63,460 nucleotides of DNA, filler included, from Intoshia linei (GCA_001642005.1; 8 parts of 8 records of this genome joined end to end with filler, not necessarily neighbours in it); one strand, 5' to 3'. Positions 33,401-47,482 are shown, numbered from the whole stretch's first letter. The notes: generated by a model not told the origin, from the sequence alone. Numbers and translations are program-made.

Positions 33401-36400
33401 TATACTATTTTTTTTATTTTTTTAAAAAGAATTTTTTTTTCTATGTATGTTTTAAAAATATGTTAAAATAACGCCTGCTGTAAGGTATCAATATCTAGTT
33501 ACTAAGAACAATTTTTTTAAATTTTGTTTAGTAATTTCGTTTTAATGGTCCGCGATAAATTTTATAGTATATTATCGGTCAGTAGTGAAGAAAGTATGGG
33601 AACCCCTGGTATATAACACTTATTTGATACTAATATTAATTATAGCAAAACAGCAAGTTGTATGGACGATTTTTCTATTAATAATCGTTTTTCTTCAAAT
33701 GAAATTGATCACTTGGTTGTCCATGAGAATGCGGTAAACATTTATTTTAAAATCACTAAAATTTATCACATAAGACCTAGTTATTGGTACAGCAGAACCT
33801 AACAAGCTCAAGGTCACTCGAAAATAAAGAATAGGTCCTAAGAAATTTTTGAAAGCGCTGCGTAGTGTCTTATAGCCCTAGCTACTTATCAAAGGATCTT
33901 GATTTTTTATTTAAATTTAACACGCAAAATAGTTACAATATTCAATAATATAATTTTTTAAATGCTCAATTTGAAAAAATGAGGTCCCTATTTTTAGGAA
34001 TTAAAAAAAATATTAATTTATGTAAATAATAAGTTATTATAAATAACTATGCTGGTAATATAACTAGATATATGTATGTTTAATTGTACCAGCACCTGCA
34101 CTGCACATGCAGGTAATAAATTTGATATCAGAAATAGCACTGACATAATTTTCATACTATTAAAAATCGTTGTGTAATTAAAAAATTAAATTTAGTTGGA
34201 TTTACTCATTGAAAAATATTATATACCAATGAACGAACTAAATGAAATCAGTTTAGTTGAAGATGGCGATTTTGGATGTATTTATAGGTTAATTTTGTTT
34301 ATTTATCACAACGCAGCTAGCTCTGTCTACAACTTACTTTTTAATTGATTATATTTAATTAATAAGGTGTCAAATCATTTTTTTTTAATAAAATTTTGCA
34401 TGACGCTTAGCATACGTTTGTATTCGTTCTAAATTATTATATTATCATCATACATAAGCATTATCGTAAATGGAAACTTTAAAAAAATTTATTTTCACTA
34501 TCAAACCTATCAAACACTATCAAAATTGCTGATTACCTTGTTTTAAAAAATGAAAACAGCTCTAGAATTTTAAAACAAATTACAGATGATACAAGTATAT
34601 TCTGTTAACACATAAAAAAATTTTAAATCTGACGCCTTCACGGTCAAAAAAAATGTTTAGTATGGATTTTTTTTATTTCGAAACTATTTTATTAAAACTA
34701 AAAATTTATAATAATTGGCGCATATCGAGATGTTGTGCAGAGAATGTCAATTTGGAACATTCATTGTTTTGAATAAAATGTCTCTCGCTTCTCTTACTGC
34801 CCTCTCTATCTCCCTCTCACCCATTTCTGTGGTCGAAATCTGTTGGTCTATCCATGTCCTTCAATATCCAGTATTTTCATTTTTTTGAAAAATTTGACAG
34901 GTAGTGATCCGAAATTCGGATTCCGAACCGAGTACCTCTCTAGATTGCAGTCTGTCATAGTAGGCAATGTACTAAATTGGAAATTCTGGTGTAAACACCA
35001 TAAAATGCTTTTATATTGTAATATTAGTTGGTTCGGCAGTTTTTCAGTCTTAACTTTGGTTTGTAGGTATGGTTTGTATGATTGTAGTGCGGTACTAGTA
35101 GTACAGAAAACTACATACTATCACTTATAGTTTATTTGGAATAAATTTTAAACCGAAAATTTATATTCGTCATCATAGATAAGTAGTTTTGGCTTTAGAT
35201 TTAACAATAAATAAAATAAAATTGACTTTTAGTATTACCCTTCGTTAAGAATGAATGCTACTCTACAAGTATTTTTGTTATATTATAAAACAGTTGGTTT
35301 TCCACTCAGATATAATCTATTGATCAGCCATAAGTAATTTTTAAGAGTACTTACTTTTATATACTATGTATTAAAATATTTATTATAAATTCCACAAATT
35401 TAAAAATAAAATATTTTCCAATGTTTCTAGGATCATTCCTTCAGTTAAAAATTATCTATCTTTTATAGATTTATTTAGAAAACATTCTACTGATTTTTTT
35501 TCATTTTCAGTCAAATTATCATTACCATTTTGTATTTTACCAGTGCATTTATCTGTATTGCTGTATCCCGTTTTTCTAGTAAAAAGGTGACGACCCTAAT
35601 GCAATGTATGTATATTATATATTATTATATGTTGTATAATATGCGTTGTATATACTAAAGTATGTTAAACAATAACTATTAGAGCACAATGGCACGGTGC
35701 TATAAATATACGAATATCTAAATTGGATGTACTGGACGAAATAAATCTAGAGAAAACATATTGTCAAATGGTATAATACAGTAAACTATGCGTTATAATA
35801 ACAAAATAAAACAGTTGTAACGAATTTTATTGTAGCAAATTTAATATTCTACTTTTTACATTTTAACAGTCATTTTAAAACAGTTTTTAATTTTATTTTC
35901 CTTTAATATACTCTTACATTGCGATATTGTTTAAATTGCTTCGTGTAGATTGACACTGCAATGATTAATATCAAATTTTTCATTTTCCATATTCTTTTTT
36001 TCCATTTGAATCAATAAACGTTTGACTAAGCATTTACGATATTCCTGTTTACATTAATACATTTTATAATGCCAGCATCCAAGAGTTAGGTTTTACTTGT
36101 AGTATTTTTAGGAAAAAAAATTAATTTAACATTAGTTAAAACTTGTAATGACGAATTTAAATTTGTGCTTATATCGAATTTACTTGTAGCTTATAACGAA
36201 TGTGATTTTACTGTGTACGTACGATGGAAATCAAAATTTATTACTAAGCTGTTATTATAATGAGTGTTCTTATAACGCATAGTTTACTGTATTATAATTA
36301 TTATATAGAAATATAGTAGCGACAGATTAATCCAGGGGTTTTTAAAATACTTTACAGTTGGTACCCCTACATTCAACAACAAAGAAAACTAATTCACCAC

Positions 36401-36650
36401 TACCTTTAACGGTTTCACATCCAATGATTTAATTTTTCAAATTTTTCATTTCATTCATAATATTAACCAATTTTAGCTCTAAATTTTAGATTTCTATTTG
36501 TATTTAATATCATAACCCGATTAAGAATAATCCTTTTTTTATTAATTAATGTATTATTTAGATTACAAATCTTGCCAAAACGCGCCATGAACACATTTGT
36601 CTTTTTATGGGTGCATGTTTAACTAATGATTATCTTATAACAATGAATCA
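27403..36650 (+). CDS. ksr: Kinase suppressor of Ras (KSR), about 14 exons from ATG to kinase subdomain IV; C-terminal part absent
   Basis: CA1/CC-SAM IIDCYASQIKEIR..SDLFDKEIKYCNAQICKHCAYQL; C1 domain HKF..CTLCYRKIIGMGTKCRNCHFYYHINC..C (31451-31705); kinase YIPMNEL..VEDGDFGCIY/RAQWHGAINIR/..KTRHEHICLFMGAC (34197-36650). Junctions are GT-AG and phase-compatible. Confidence 0.88.
28239..28504. mobile_element. hAT-like MITE
   Basis: CAGG(A/G)CC..G(T)AGA-type termini; 8-bp TSD CATACAAA/TATACAAA. Related internal sequence at about 14520-14720 and 44590-44700. Confidence 0.6.
28582..28632. mobile_element. 51-bp minimal hAT derivative
   Basis: CAGTGCT(T/A)TCCAACC inverted termini; flanking 8-mers ACCTATAG/AACTATAG. 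Confidence 0.65.
32809..33244. mobile_element. Inverted pair of Helitron 5' ends (foldback)
   Basis: The left arm A|TCCTTACTTATATAGTATGCTACGCG.. and right arm ..CGCGTAGCATATTATATAAGTTAGGA|T are about 90-bp imperfect reverse complements. Confidence 0.75.
35779..36289. mobile_element. Tigger/pogo-like MITE in KSR intron
   Basis: TA|CAGTAAACTATGCGTTATAA(T/G)AACA ... inverted copy ending CTG|TA. Confidence 0.8.
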
Positions 36651-37025
36651 GTATATTTTTTCTGTTAAAAATAAATAACACGTATAACGTTATTAACTTG
36701 TAATTTTATTTGTATTAGTAATTTATTTAATATTAGGAATAATTTCAATTCTTATCTACCCATTATTAAATGATATTTTATTTAAATTATTTACTATTTA
36801 TCTATTAGTAATTTATACTAATTTATACCTATTGTATTACTATATATTAACTAAAGCGACCAAAGTACGTATTTTTGGCAACACCGAAAAATGTACTAAA
36901 TACGTACTATCACAATTGTAAGTTTGTTATGTATTCAATTTGTACTAAGAAGTGACAAAAACCGAATTTTTAATAAAATCAAAACGAAAATCAAAATTTT
37001 TATGACAAATTCATTTATTATAGTA

Positions 37026-37366
37026 CAGCGGATCCCAAATGAAGATACTGGAACCCCTAGGGACCCAGAAAATATTTTAGAGTGCCAGCTCGTCTGATAC
37101 TATGACTCATAAATTATATATATTTTTTTAAATCCCAAAAATAATTGAAAATAATAAATTTGTAATAATATACTTAGTTCCTTATGTATTTACATCTATT
37201 TGATAGTCTCTGTATTTTTAAGATTATATATTAAATACATTTACGCCCTTATTTCGTCAGTTCAATCATTAAAGATTTTTTAGATATCAATTTTGGGTCA
37301 AGTAGAGTTTTAACAATTTTTTTTTAGTTTAGGGGTACTAACAGTCAAGTATGTTGGGAACCGCTG
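37026..37366. mobile_element. hAT MITE
   Basis: CAGCGG(A/T)TCCCAA termini and perfect 8-bp TSD TTATAGTA. Confidence 0.8.
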
Positions 37367-39054
37367 TTATAGTACAATATAATATATTTATAAATATTTT
37401 TTTTTAAAAATTTCTTTCGTCAGATAATATATTCTTCAACAATGAAAGCGGATCTTTTAATACTTGATGATGAGGTTTGACTGTTCAATAGCTGTGCATA
37501 AATTTTAGGTGATATGATTTCACACAGTATAATTGAAAATTGTTAATTTATATTATCGTTTTAGTTAGGAGATATTATTAGTTATCATTCGTTAGGAGAA
37601 TAAAAATTTTTTTAAATTATGATTTTAATAATATTATTATGACAACTATAATTCCATGAAAAACATTTTCTGGTAATCATAAAATTACGTGTCCGTTCAA
37701 AAGATCGTATTTATTTTGTTTTAACACTAAAACTGTTTGTAGAACACTGTTCACACCAGAGAATATTTTTTATCCAATTCAATTTAGTATATTTAGTTTA
37801 GNNNNNNNNNNNNNNNNNNNNNNNNNNNNNNNNNNNNNNNNNNNNTTAATTAATTAANNNNNNNNNNNNNNNNNNNNNNNNNNNNNNNNNNNNNNNNNNN
37901 NAAAAATTAATATTTAGCAAACAATTAATTGGTTTGTACGGAATAATTGATGGTAATCAGTTATTTCCAATCCCTGCTTATATATGATATGCATGCGCTT
38001 ATAATTTAAGTATTATTTTGAATTTCTCACACTAAAACATCGTTTTAAATTTAATTTAATTTAAACGTCATTGCCATAAAAAATCTATACAAATGATAAC
38101 AAATAAATTATAAATACTCGATAAGATAAGTTTTTTTTTGGCAACTGTTTTGTGATTTTAATTTTGAGATTATTCTCTTGGTGTTTCTAATAAAAAAATT
38201 ACTCCGACTGTCAATTGAAACCAAAGCCAAATTTTTTACCTATATGAGAGAAAATTAGTACCATTTTTCATCAATTTTTTCAATGAAATGAACAATTCTA
38301 GTAGATTTCAATGATACGCAAGTAAACCTTGTTTAATCATGAAATCCATTTCTTTTATGATAAATAAATAAAAAAATAAAAAGTATTTTCATTTTGTAAA
38401 TTTACAAAACAATTATAACATTTATTATAAAAATTTTTGAGGTTTACATTTTTTAAAGTGTGTTAAAAAATACCTCAAGTGTGTATTTTCAACACAAAAA
38501 CACACCTTTTCCCATGGCTGATATGTGATGACAAAGTGATGCAAAATGTTTCTTTGTATGTGAAACATACATACTCACTTTTACTTTACATACTTTTTTA
38601 ATCTTTTTTAAATACAGTTCAAAAAATATTAGTAAAATAATACCATAAAACAGTCGAAAATGGCTTGAAAAATGATTTCTCTTTAAAAAAATAAGTGTAT
38701 TATTCGAAATTCTCTAAATTACGTTAGTAGAAGCTCTAAAGAAGTATCTAATGTTAAATTTTATTTTAAATTCATAATATTATTAATAGTATTTTGAAAA
38801 GCTAATTTGTCGATTATGACCACTAAGATTTTATGGATCAAATTTTTTTAAGAGATGATAGTTATTATTATGAGACTTATTCATTGCCATATTTGGAACA
38901 TAGAATTTTTGAAAACTAGTCATTTTTGATAGCATCGACTAATCGACTGTATAAAATGGCTTACAATAATAAAAGACAAATCAGATAAATATTAAGTATC
39001 TTACTATTATACATATATTGTACTATTAAATTGTAATTTAACATTACTTTCTAG

Positions 39055-42000
39055 GGTGATACATCGGGTGATTATTGTCAAATGTTATTGGCTCTGATAG
39101 GAATTCGAGATGCTCCAATAATAACTCAAGATGACTTAGACGCAGTTGGTGACCCTCCAGAATTGGAAGAAGTTGAAGAAGAAAAAATTGAAGTAAATTT
39201 ATTTATTATAAAAAATAATGATCCAATTTTTATTAAATTTAAAAAATCTTTTTTTCCAGGAAACGCCAACGGTTACACCATTTTCTGGTTTTAATTGTGA
39301 TGAAGATTGCCAAGTGTTAAAAAAAGCTATGAAAGGATTTGGTAAGATAACATTTTGAATTTTTACATTTCTCTAAATAGGAACCGATGAAGCCGCCATT
39401 ATCAAAGTTATGGGTCACAGATCCAGTGATCAGAGGGTTCAAATTGTTGAAAATTATAAAAAGCTTTTCAATAAAGTATATACAAATTAAATATAATTAA
39501 CATGCTCGCAATCGAGGTCATGTAATCCCGTCATCACCAACAGAGAAATATCGCATCATAGGGCTATTTTTAAATTTTGATACATTACTAATAATATGTA
39601 GTAATTAACCATCTCTGATACTACAAAACCTATCAAATTGGCAGTTGATAAAATTATGTAACATAATTGTTGTTAAAGTTCGCGAGTCACGACATGAGGT
39701 ATTACATTAGAATGGAATACCTATAGCTGGATTTTGATTTCAATTAAAAAACATTAAACGTGTTTATTTGACATATTGTTATAAGGGACGCACATTAAAA
39801 TGTTAGATAAATCCAATTAATAAAACTCGTAATAGGATTACATTTAGTTATCAATTCATTAGGCGGATAGTTTGATTTTTTCATTAATTTTACTTATTTT
39901 GGTCAATATTTATGGTTACTAATTGTAATTATAATAATGATATCCAATGTGCTGATGTAAACGTCAATTTCATCACTAGCGGTAATATCTAACCCCAGCT
40001 TAATGCGTATTCATACTTAAAAATTACATTTTTGTTTAAATAATAAAATATATACCGTTTCATGCGGCTATAGGACCCCACTATGTGCAGCAATTGATTA
40101 CTTAAAAATATTAACGGAACTTTCCTGATAAATTTAATTTAAATATATAATTATAGGATTTGCGTAAAGAATTAAAAAGTGAACTAAGCGGAGATTTTGA
40201 AGAAACTATACTTGCATTATGTGAAGGTAAATTAGAACACGATGCATTTCAGCTGATGAAATCTATGAAGGTATATTTTAACTGGTTTTATATTGTAGTC
40301 CCTGCAACGCTGTCGTTAGCCGACAGTAGAACAGTCAGGTGAAAAGTGTAGGCCCTAAATGTATATACACAATAAAAAAATATTTGGTTTCTTAATCTAT
40401 TGTTTAATGCATGGTTCCAAGCTTCAGGAGTTTTTTTCAGTGTTACCCTCCTAGAGTAATAAAATTGATTCCATCATTTAAAAAATTTTCTAACATCACT
40501 ATTACTTTAGAATAATAGCTCCATGATGACGGGTCCAATAATATGGCTCATAGTGTCAATTTTTAAATTGATTTATTTTATTTTTTTATTATATTTTTAA
40601 CACGAAAACACACCTTTTCCCTCATTGATTTGTATTTATGTAGTAATGGATTAAAAAAATAATTTTAATAGGGTCTTGGAACAGACGAAAATGGACTGAT
40701 CGACATATTGTGTACTAGATCGAGTGCTCAAATTGAAAAAATCCGTGAATATTATAAAAACAGTTAATTTTAATTAATAAAAAATTAAATAGTATTATAT
40801 TAGAATATAAAAAAAATCTTGAAGACGATATTAGTTCGGAAACATCTGGTCACTTTAAACGGCTTTTAATATCTATGACTCAAGCAAATAGACCGGAAGG
40901 TTGTGTCATTGATAGAGCTAAAGCAAGAAATGACGCTAAAAAGATTCACGAAGCTGCCCACAAATTTGGTACAGATGAATCTCGATTTAATGCAATATTA
41001 TGTTCTAGGTAATTAGTACTCATGTGTAATATTTTTTTAATTGCAGAGCCGACCTACCGTACCAAGAAAAAAATTTTGATAAAACTGAATTGTCATTTAT
41101 CCAAAATGAGCATTTAAAAAAATTAAATTTTTCAATATCATAACTTGTATTGATACGGGTGTGTCAAATTTAAACTGTTAAGCTCAAAACTGTAGATAGG
41201 TGATTAAGGGTATATGATAGTACGCATAATTTTTAAAACATTAATTAGGTTTATTTTTGACTTTAGGAGCGTCGAATATAGTAGGTTTGGTGGTCTGTCG
41301 GTCGTAGAATTGTGTTTTATTTTAAGATTGATTTTTCTTAATGTAAAGTAAAAAATCCATTTGATAGATTTGTAAGCCACAACTATAATTTTATTTACTA
41401 AAACTACAAACCTCCAGTATAATTATAAAGTTTTAATTATTTTCAAATTTAGATCGTATGCACAATTACGTGCGACGTTTGAAGAATATAAAAAGTTGAC
41501 TTCTAAAGACATTCAAGATACAATAAAAGACGAAATGTCTGGTGATTTATCGGCTGGAATGATAAGTATAGGTAACATTTCATTATTAAATTTATTAATC
41601 AAAATATAATAAAATATACAGTTCAATGTGTTGAAAACAAATCGAAACATTTCGCTAAACGTCTTTACCAATCAACAAAAGGATTAGGATCGGATGACAA
41701 TGCTATAATAAGAATAGTAGTAGGTCAATGCGAAATAGATATGGTTCAAATCAAACAACAATTTCAAACAATTTATCAAAATTCACTTAAAGACTATTTA
41801 TCGGTAAAAATTTTTAAAAATAGTTACATCCATACATTTATATCATTATTTTATTATCGGTTATAAATAAACGAGAATATCCTTAAATTCAACCATTTTT
41901 ACTAAATAAAAATTTAACAACCCTTAAGCCAAAAATCAATAATTGTTGATTACCGAAAATTTATAAACTGTAGAAAAGTCATAACTAAATTGTTCTTTGG

Positions 42001-42723
42001 ATTTTCGTTACAAATTTACGTTTACGTTGACAAATTCCTGTTTTTAAAGAGAAACATTTTTGATCTTTTATAAAATATGAATAATTCATATAATTTTATA
42101 AATCTTACGTAATTATATATTTATACTATGTGCTGTTTGTACGTAGTACATTACATAATTAACAGGATTTCATTAATTTTAACAGGATACAACTGTACCA
42201 CTTGTAAATTGTTTTAAATTCTAGGGCTGTTTTCATAAAAAAGGGGTAATTTGTGGTTTTGGTCCTGAAGATATAATTTTTTAAATTTAAATTTACGATA
42301 ATGTTTATGATTTTAAAATCCGTATCAGCGTATTTATTTTTTAAATTCTTCAACTCGTTTGATTTGGAAGAACTGTAATTGAAATATTGACTTTATAAAA
42401 TTCTAAGACTGGTAGTTATTTGAATAAAGTGAAACAGACACACAAAAAAAAATCTCGTAGCATATTATATAAGAATATATATTCACAGTAACTCATACGA
42501 TACATAAAATATACAATTTTTATATTCAATAAGGGTAAAACTGGATTTTTCCTTTTAGGGTTGGTAAATTTTGATTTTTAGTAAAAATGGTTGGATTTAA
42601 GTAGACACTTTAACTAAATCCTACGAAAAATAAATAATTTTTAAAACTTAAAATTTAAAAATTTAGGATGACATATCTGGAGATTACAAAAAAATCATAT
42701 TAGCATTAATTGGAGAAGGATAA
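39055..42723 (+). CDS. Multi-tetrad annexin, 3' nine exons (end of one tetrad, acidic linker, one complete tetrad)
   Basis: [16 protein letters not shown]-linker-PTVTPF..[16 protein letters not shown]..; [18 protein letters not shown]..; [21 protein letters not shown]..; [33 protein letters not shown]. Confidence 0.95.
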
Positions 42724-42746
42724 TTTATGTTAACATTTTATAAAAA

Positions 42747-45700
42747 TTATAAATATGTTAAAATTTCTTCAACGTCTTCAGTAGATCCGACATAAAAAGG
42801 TGTTCTCATGTGAATTTCTGTAGGTTTAATATCCAGAATATCAATTTTTCCATTTGTCGCTTTTCCACCCGCCGCTGTTATTATATGAGCTATTGGATTA
42901 CATTCGTAAAAAAGACGTAGCTAGTTTGATATATTAATTATATAATATGTATATATTTTAAAACTACCTTTCCATTTTCTTGGTTTTTCATAGCTGGATA
43001 AACAAATATTCCACCATAAATAAGAGTTCTATGAATATCCGCAACCATAGATCCAATATATCGTGAACTGTACGGCTTCTAAAGAAATTTAAATGGAATA
43101 AAAATAAACATGAATATAAAAATATAATAATTGTAACATATTTGTGTATAAAAAGCTTGGTAGTCTCAGGGTTCAGTTTCACCGAGACAATACTGATCCT
43201 ATTAAACAAGGGTCCAACATTTTAAAAATCACTTAATTATAAATAGAACCTTAAATTAATTTTTACATTCATGAATCATTATAATAATTTACTTCCTGGT
43301 TTTTCTTTTTTTCAATATATTTTTTAAGTCCATCACTCCATCTTGAATAATATCCTTCATTTAAAGAGTAAATTTTACCCTTTGGTTTGATTTTGATATC
43401 AGTGTCAGTTAATATAAATTCACCAATGGCCTATTGATAATTACGGAAATAGTTATAAAATAAATACTGGATCCAACATAAATCCGTTTACTTTTTTGTT
43501 TAAAGCTACAACAACCATGCATGCACTTCCATATAATGCATATCCCGAAACTACCAATTCTCTTCCAGATTGATATATATCCTTTTCCAAGCTAATATCC
43601 TGAGAAGATGGAGTCTAATGATCAAGTATGAATAAATTTAATATTGAAACATATATTTTTATAATTTCTATAAAAACATATAAAATAGGTATTACACAGT
43701 CTCGTACAAGTCCATACCCGCCTGTGTGATATCATTCAACTTAATTTAATATTTAAATGTATCATTTTACGTTATTATCCATCAACTTTGAAATAGTATT
43801 AAATTATGATCAAATATAATATTATTCTTTGCGGGTCCCAATTTTCCAAATTTAATCTTTTTTAAATTTACCTGTAATGCCAGTAGTGTAATACATACAT
43901 GCAAGGCGTGGACAAAGGATAGGTGGTCATAGCGCCTACAATCATAAGGGCCTAATATTTTAATTTATTAATAGGTAATGTTGGAAAATTTCTTAAGTAT
44001 GTCAAAATTATGATGACCAATGCGATTTGCAACTGTTTTTTGAATTTTTAGGCAATATGTCATTCTAGAGAATTATTGGAAATTTTGATAAATTAAAATT
44101 TAAATTGTGGGATAATTGAAAATGAAATTTTAAATTTTAAGTAAAATTCATTTTCTTTCAGTAATCCGTGGTAGTGGAAAAATAACCTGAAATCTTTCCG
44201 ATTCTACTGGAAAATCCGTTCACCCTATATTGGTTAATCTGAATTTAACAAGATAATACTAATCATTGATTTACTGGATCTTTGATAATCTCTAATCACT
44301 TAATAATTAAGTTTTAATTAATTAATGGTTTATTATACATTTTCTTGAAAAACATTATTACAGTCTCAGTGACGCATTTAAATCAAAATATGGGAAAACT
44401 GGCAAGATCAAAACAACCCAAAAGGTCTCATTAATTAAGAACCACTACACAATTAAAAAAATTAAAATAATTTATAATTCTATACGTATAAATTCTATTA
44501 GTAGCCGAGAGTTTTACAAAAATTTTTGGCGCATCTGAGATCGCATGATAAAAATGTGGCGCATGGTATGTAAAAGGTTGGCCACCCCTGAAATAAACGA
44601 TCGATTAAACAATGTATAGATGTCCAAATTTAAAAAATTTTTTAGAGGGCCTACAATTTCCATCTGGCTGGGCCTACTGCTGACTCTCCACGGTCCTGCA
44701 TACAGATAATACAGGCAGGCACACAAGTATAAATAACTTTAAAAAATTTGCGACAATAACCGTATTTTTTGGAGTATAAAACTTACCCTTTTACATAAAA
44801 AATTAGTAATGCACCTTATACGCCAGAGCGCCTTATATGAGGATTTTGCAAGGGAAAATTTTTTTCTAACTATATACAGTGATCGCCCTCTAAATTGAAC
44901 ACTAACTGCAAAAAAATGGATGGTGTTTAAGTTTTAGAGATTGAACACTGTTTATATTAATATTATATTAAAACAAATTTATGAGAAAAATCACAATAAA
45001 TTGTGTTCATGTTCAAGAGCGGGAATGTATATTCTTAGTGTGTTTTTATTTTTATACATGTATTTAGATACTTTTCAATTTAGGGAGCGACCACTGTACT
45101 GTACCATTTGATTCTTAATTTTTCATGGATATCTCTTAATAAAATTTCTCGCGTCTTATACGCCAATGCGCCTTATATGTGAATTTTGTGTTGTAAATTG
45201 TTTTTTATACAGGGTGCGCCTTATACTCCGGAAAATACGGTAAACACTCTCTCCATACCTTACACAAATTTTTTCTAAAAATACTGTNTATGTGAATTTT
45301 GTGTTGTAAATTGTTTTTTATACAGGGTGCGCCTTATACTCTAAAAAATACGGTATTCTGATACGAATTTTCAAAATCATAAATATTATCATAAATTTAA
45401 ATTTAAAAAAAATATATTTTTATGGCNATTATATTAAAACAAATTTATGAGAAAAATCACAATAAATTGTGTTCATGTTCAAGAGCGGGAATGTATATTC
45501 TTAGTGTGTTTTTATTTTTATACATGTATTTAGATACTTTTCAATTTAGGGAGCGACCACTGTACTGTACCATTTGATTCTTAATTTTTCATGGATATCT
45601 CTTAATAAAATTTCTCGCGTCTTATACGCCAATGCGCCTTATATGTGAATTTTGTGTTGTAAATTGTTTTTTATACAGGGTGCGCCTTATACTCCGGAAA

Positions 45701-47482
45701 ATACGGTAAACACTCTCTCCATACCTTACACAAATTTTTTCTAAAAATACTGTATTATAATAATTCTTAATGGTATATTTTAGAAGCTGGTAAAAATGTA
45801 TTTGTGAGTAACCATTTAGAAAATTGAGCTCGAAATTTAAAAAACATAAATTGTACATCAGTTTTTTTAGCGTAGAAAGCAAAATTAATTTCGCTGTGAG
45901 AAATTTGCATCTTCAAGGTATAAACAGCAAATTACCCTTTTTTTTAAATGAAAAAAAAGACCTAGAATAAAAAAAATTATAACTAATACAGTTTTTTTTA
46001 ACTAATATGAAGAAAAAATTTCAATCTCCAAAATTAACTCCTTAAGTGTCAATAAAGCAAATTATTTAATTAATAATTTACCTATAAAAAATATTCTCAA
46101 AGTATCAATAATTATTATAAGTAAATTTTGTATATAGCCAAAATTTTAAAAAAAAAATTAGTTTGATAAAATTGATTAAAACAGTGGTCCCCGATTCAAA
46201 TATTGTACTTACCCTATTTCAAAATATTTATTTTATTCCACTCCAAAGTAAACATGAAATATAAAAATTTATGAAAAAATTGATTTTTTCTCATAAGATT
46301 TGGTAAAATTGGATTTTGGATTAATAATTGTTGCTCATAAGATTTGGTAAAATCGGATTTTTCCTAAGGTTTAAAATTGCATTTTTTATTAAATTTTATT
46401 AATGATGGGATAAACGTGGAATTTTTGAAATAATAATGTACCGGTCGTCTAGGCTTTGGGATAAATTCCCAACATCTGGAAAATATGTAATAAATATAAA
46501 AAATTCTCCTATAAAATTAACAAAAGTTATAAAAATTTTTAATATTTTATTTAAATCTTACGTACCCCAGGAATATAGTTTTGAACCCCAAGTGGTCCAG
46601 AGACTCCCAATCGACAACCACTGGATTATAAAATGAAAATACCTTTCTTTTATAAATAGCAAAGATGGTACCAATACTAGCCAAACAATCAATATTTGAC
46701 GAACCATCCAAAGGATCAAAGCAAACAATGTATTTACCCTAAAAATAAAAAATATAAACTAAAAAATAAATTACGTGCTTAGCTTTGTCAATAAGTATAA
46801 CTTTTTCATTTTCCTCGGAAATTAAAGCACATGTAGCATAAGAAGCAGAAAGCATTTCAATCATAATGTCATTTGAAATAATATCTAATGGTTTTACAAT
46901 TTCACCTTGAACGTTTGTATTATCTGTATGGCCATATCTACAATATTTAGATATTTTTATTTTAACTTCAAAATTTTGATTTTCAAAAAAAAGTGTCAAA
47001 TCGGTAACCCCTAATGTTCACATTAACATATTTACAAGTTAATTTATTTTAAAGGTCAATAATACAAATTGGATCATCAACAAAAAACTTTTCGCGAATC
47101 TGTTGTAAAACTAACACTCTTAACCAGAGCCAGAGACCTTAAGACACAGGCCCCGATGAGGGGTCTCCGTGTACGGACTATTTCTTGAATGATTTTCTCA
47201 TATGGTTGTACAATGTACATTATAAATCTAATTTTTCTCAGACCCACATTGGAAACAATTGACGGATATAAGCCTTAAAAATTTACAAATTAATAAATCC
47301 AGCCCTCCTAACCTTAGCTTGAATGGCCTTGATAGATGTCATAATGGCATTCATCAAATTTGTTAATTCACCTAAACGAAAAAATGTAATGAAATTTAAA
47401 AACAAATACCTTTTGCCTCTGGGAATTTGGTCTGTTCGGACAACAGGTGCATTGTAAAAGTTACTGGTACACGTTTAGACAT
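42747..47482 (-). CDS. FBP: Fructose-1,6-bisphosphatase class I, complete, 8 exons
   Basis: [94 protein letters not shown]; ATG at 47482, TAA at 42747-42749. Confidence 0.97.
44761..45240. mobile_element. Tc1/pogo-type MITE (CCGTATTTT..GGAGTATAA termini) with nested TA-flanked MITE (about 44877-45096); partly re-duplicated at single-N joins 45288 and 45427
   Basis: Terminal inverted repeats are visible for both layers. Confidence 0.65.
46182..46623. mobile_element. hAT MITE
   Basis: CAGTGGT..(C)GATT termini; TSD GATTAAAA/GATTATAA. Confidence 0.6.

Noticed and set aside
45169-45752. Near-perfect local duplications in the FBP intron
   Set aside because: Bounded by single N characters at 45288 and 45427; assembly artefact likely.
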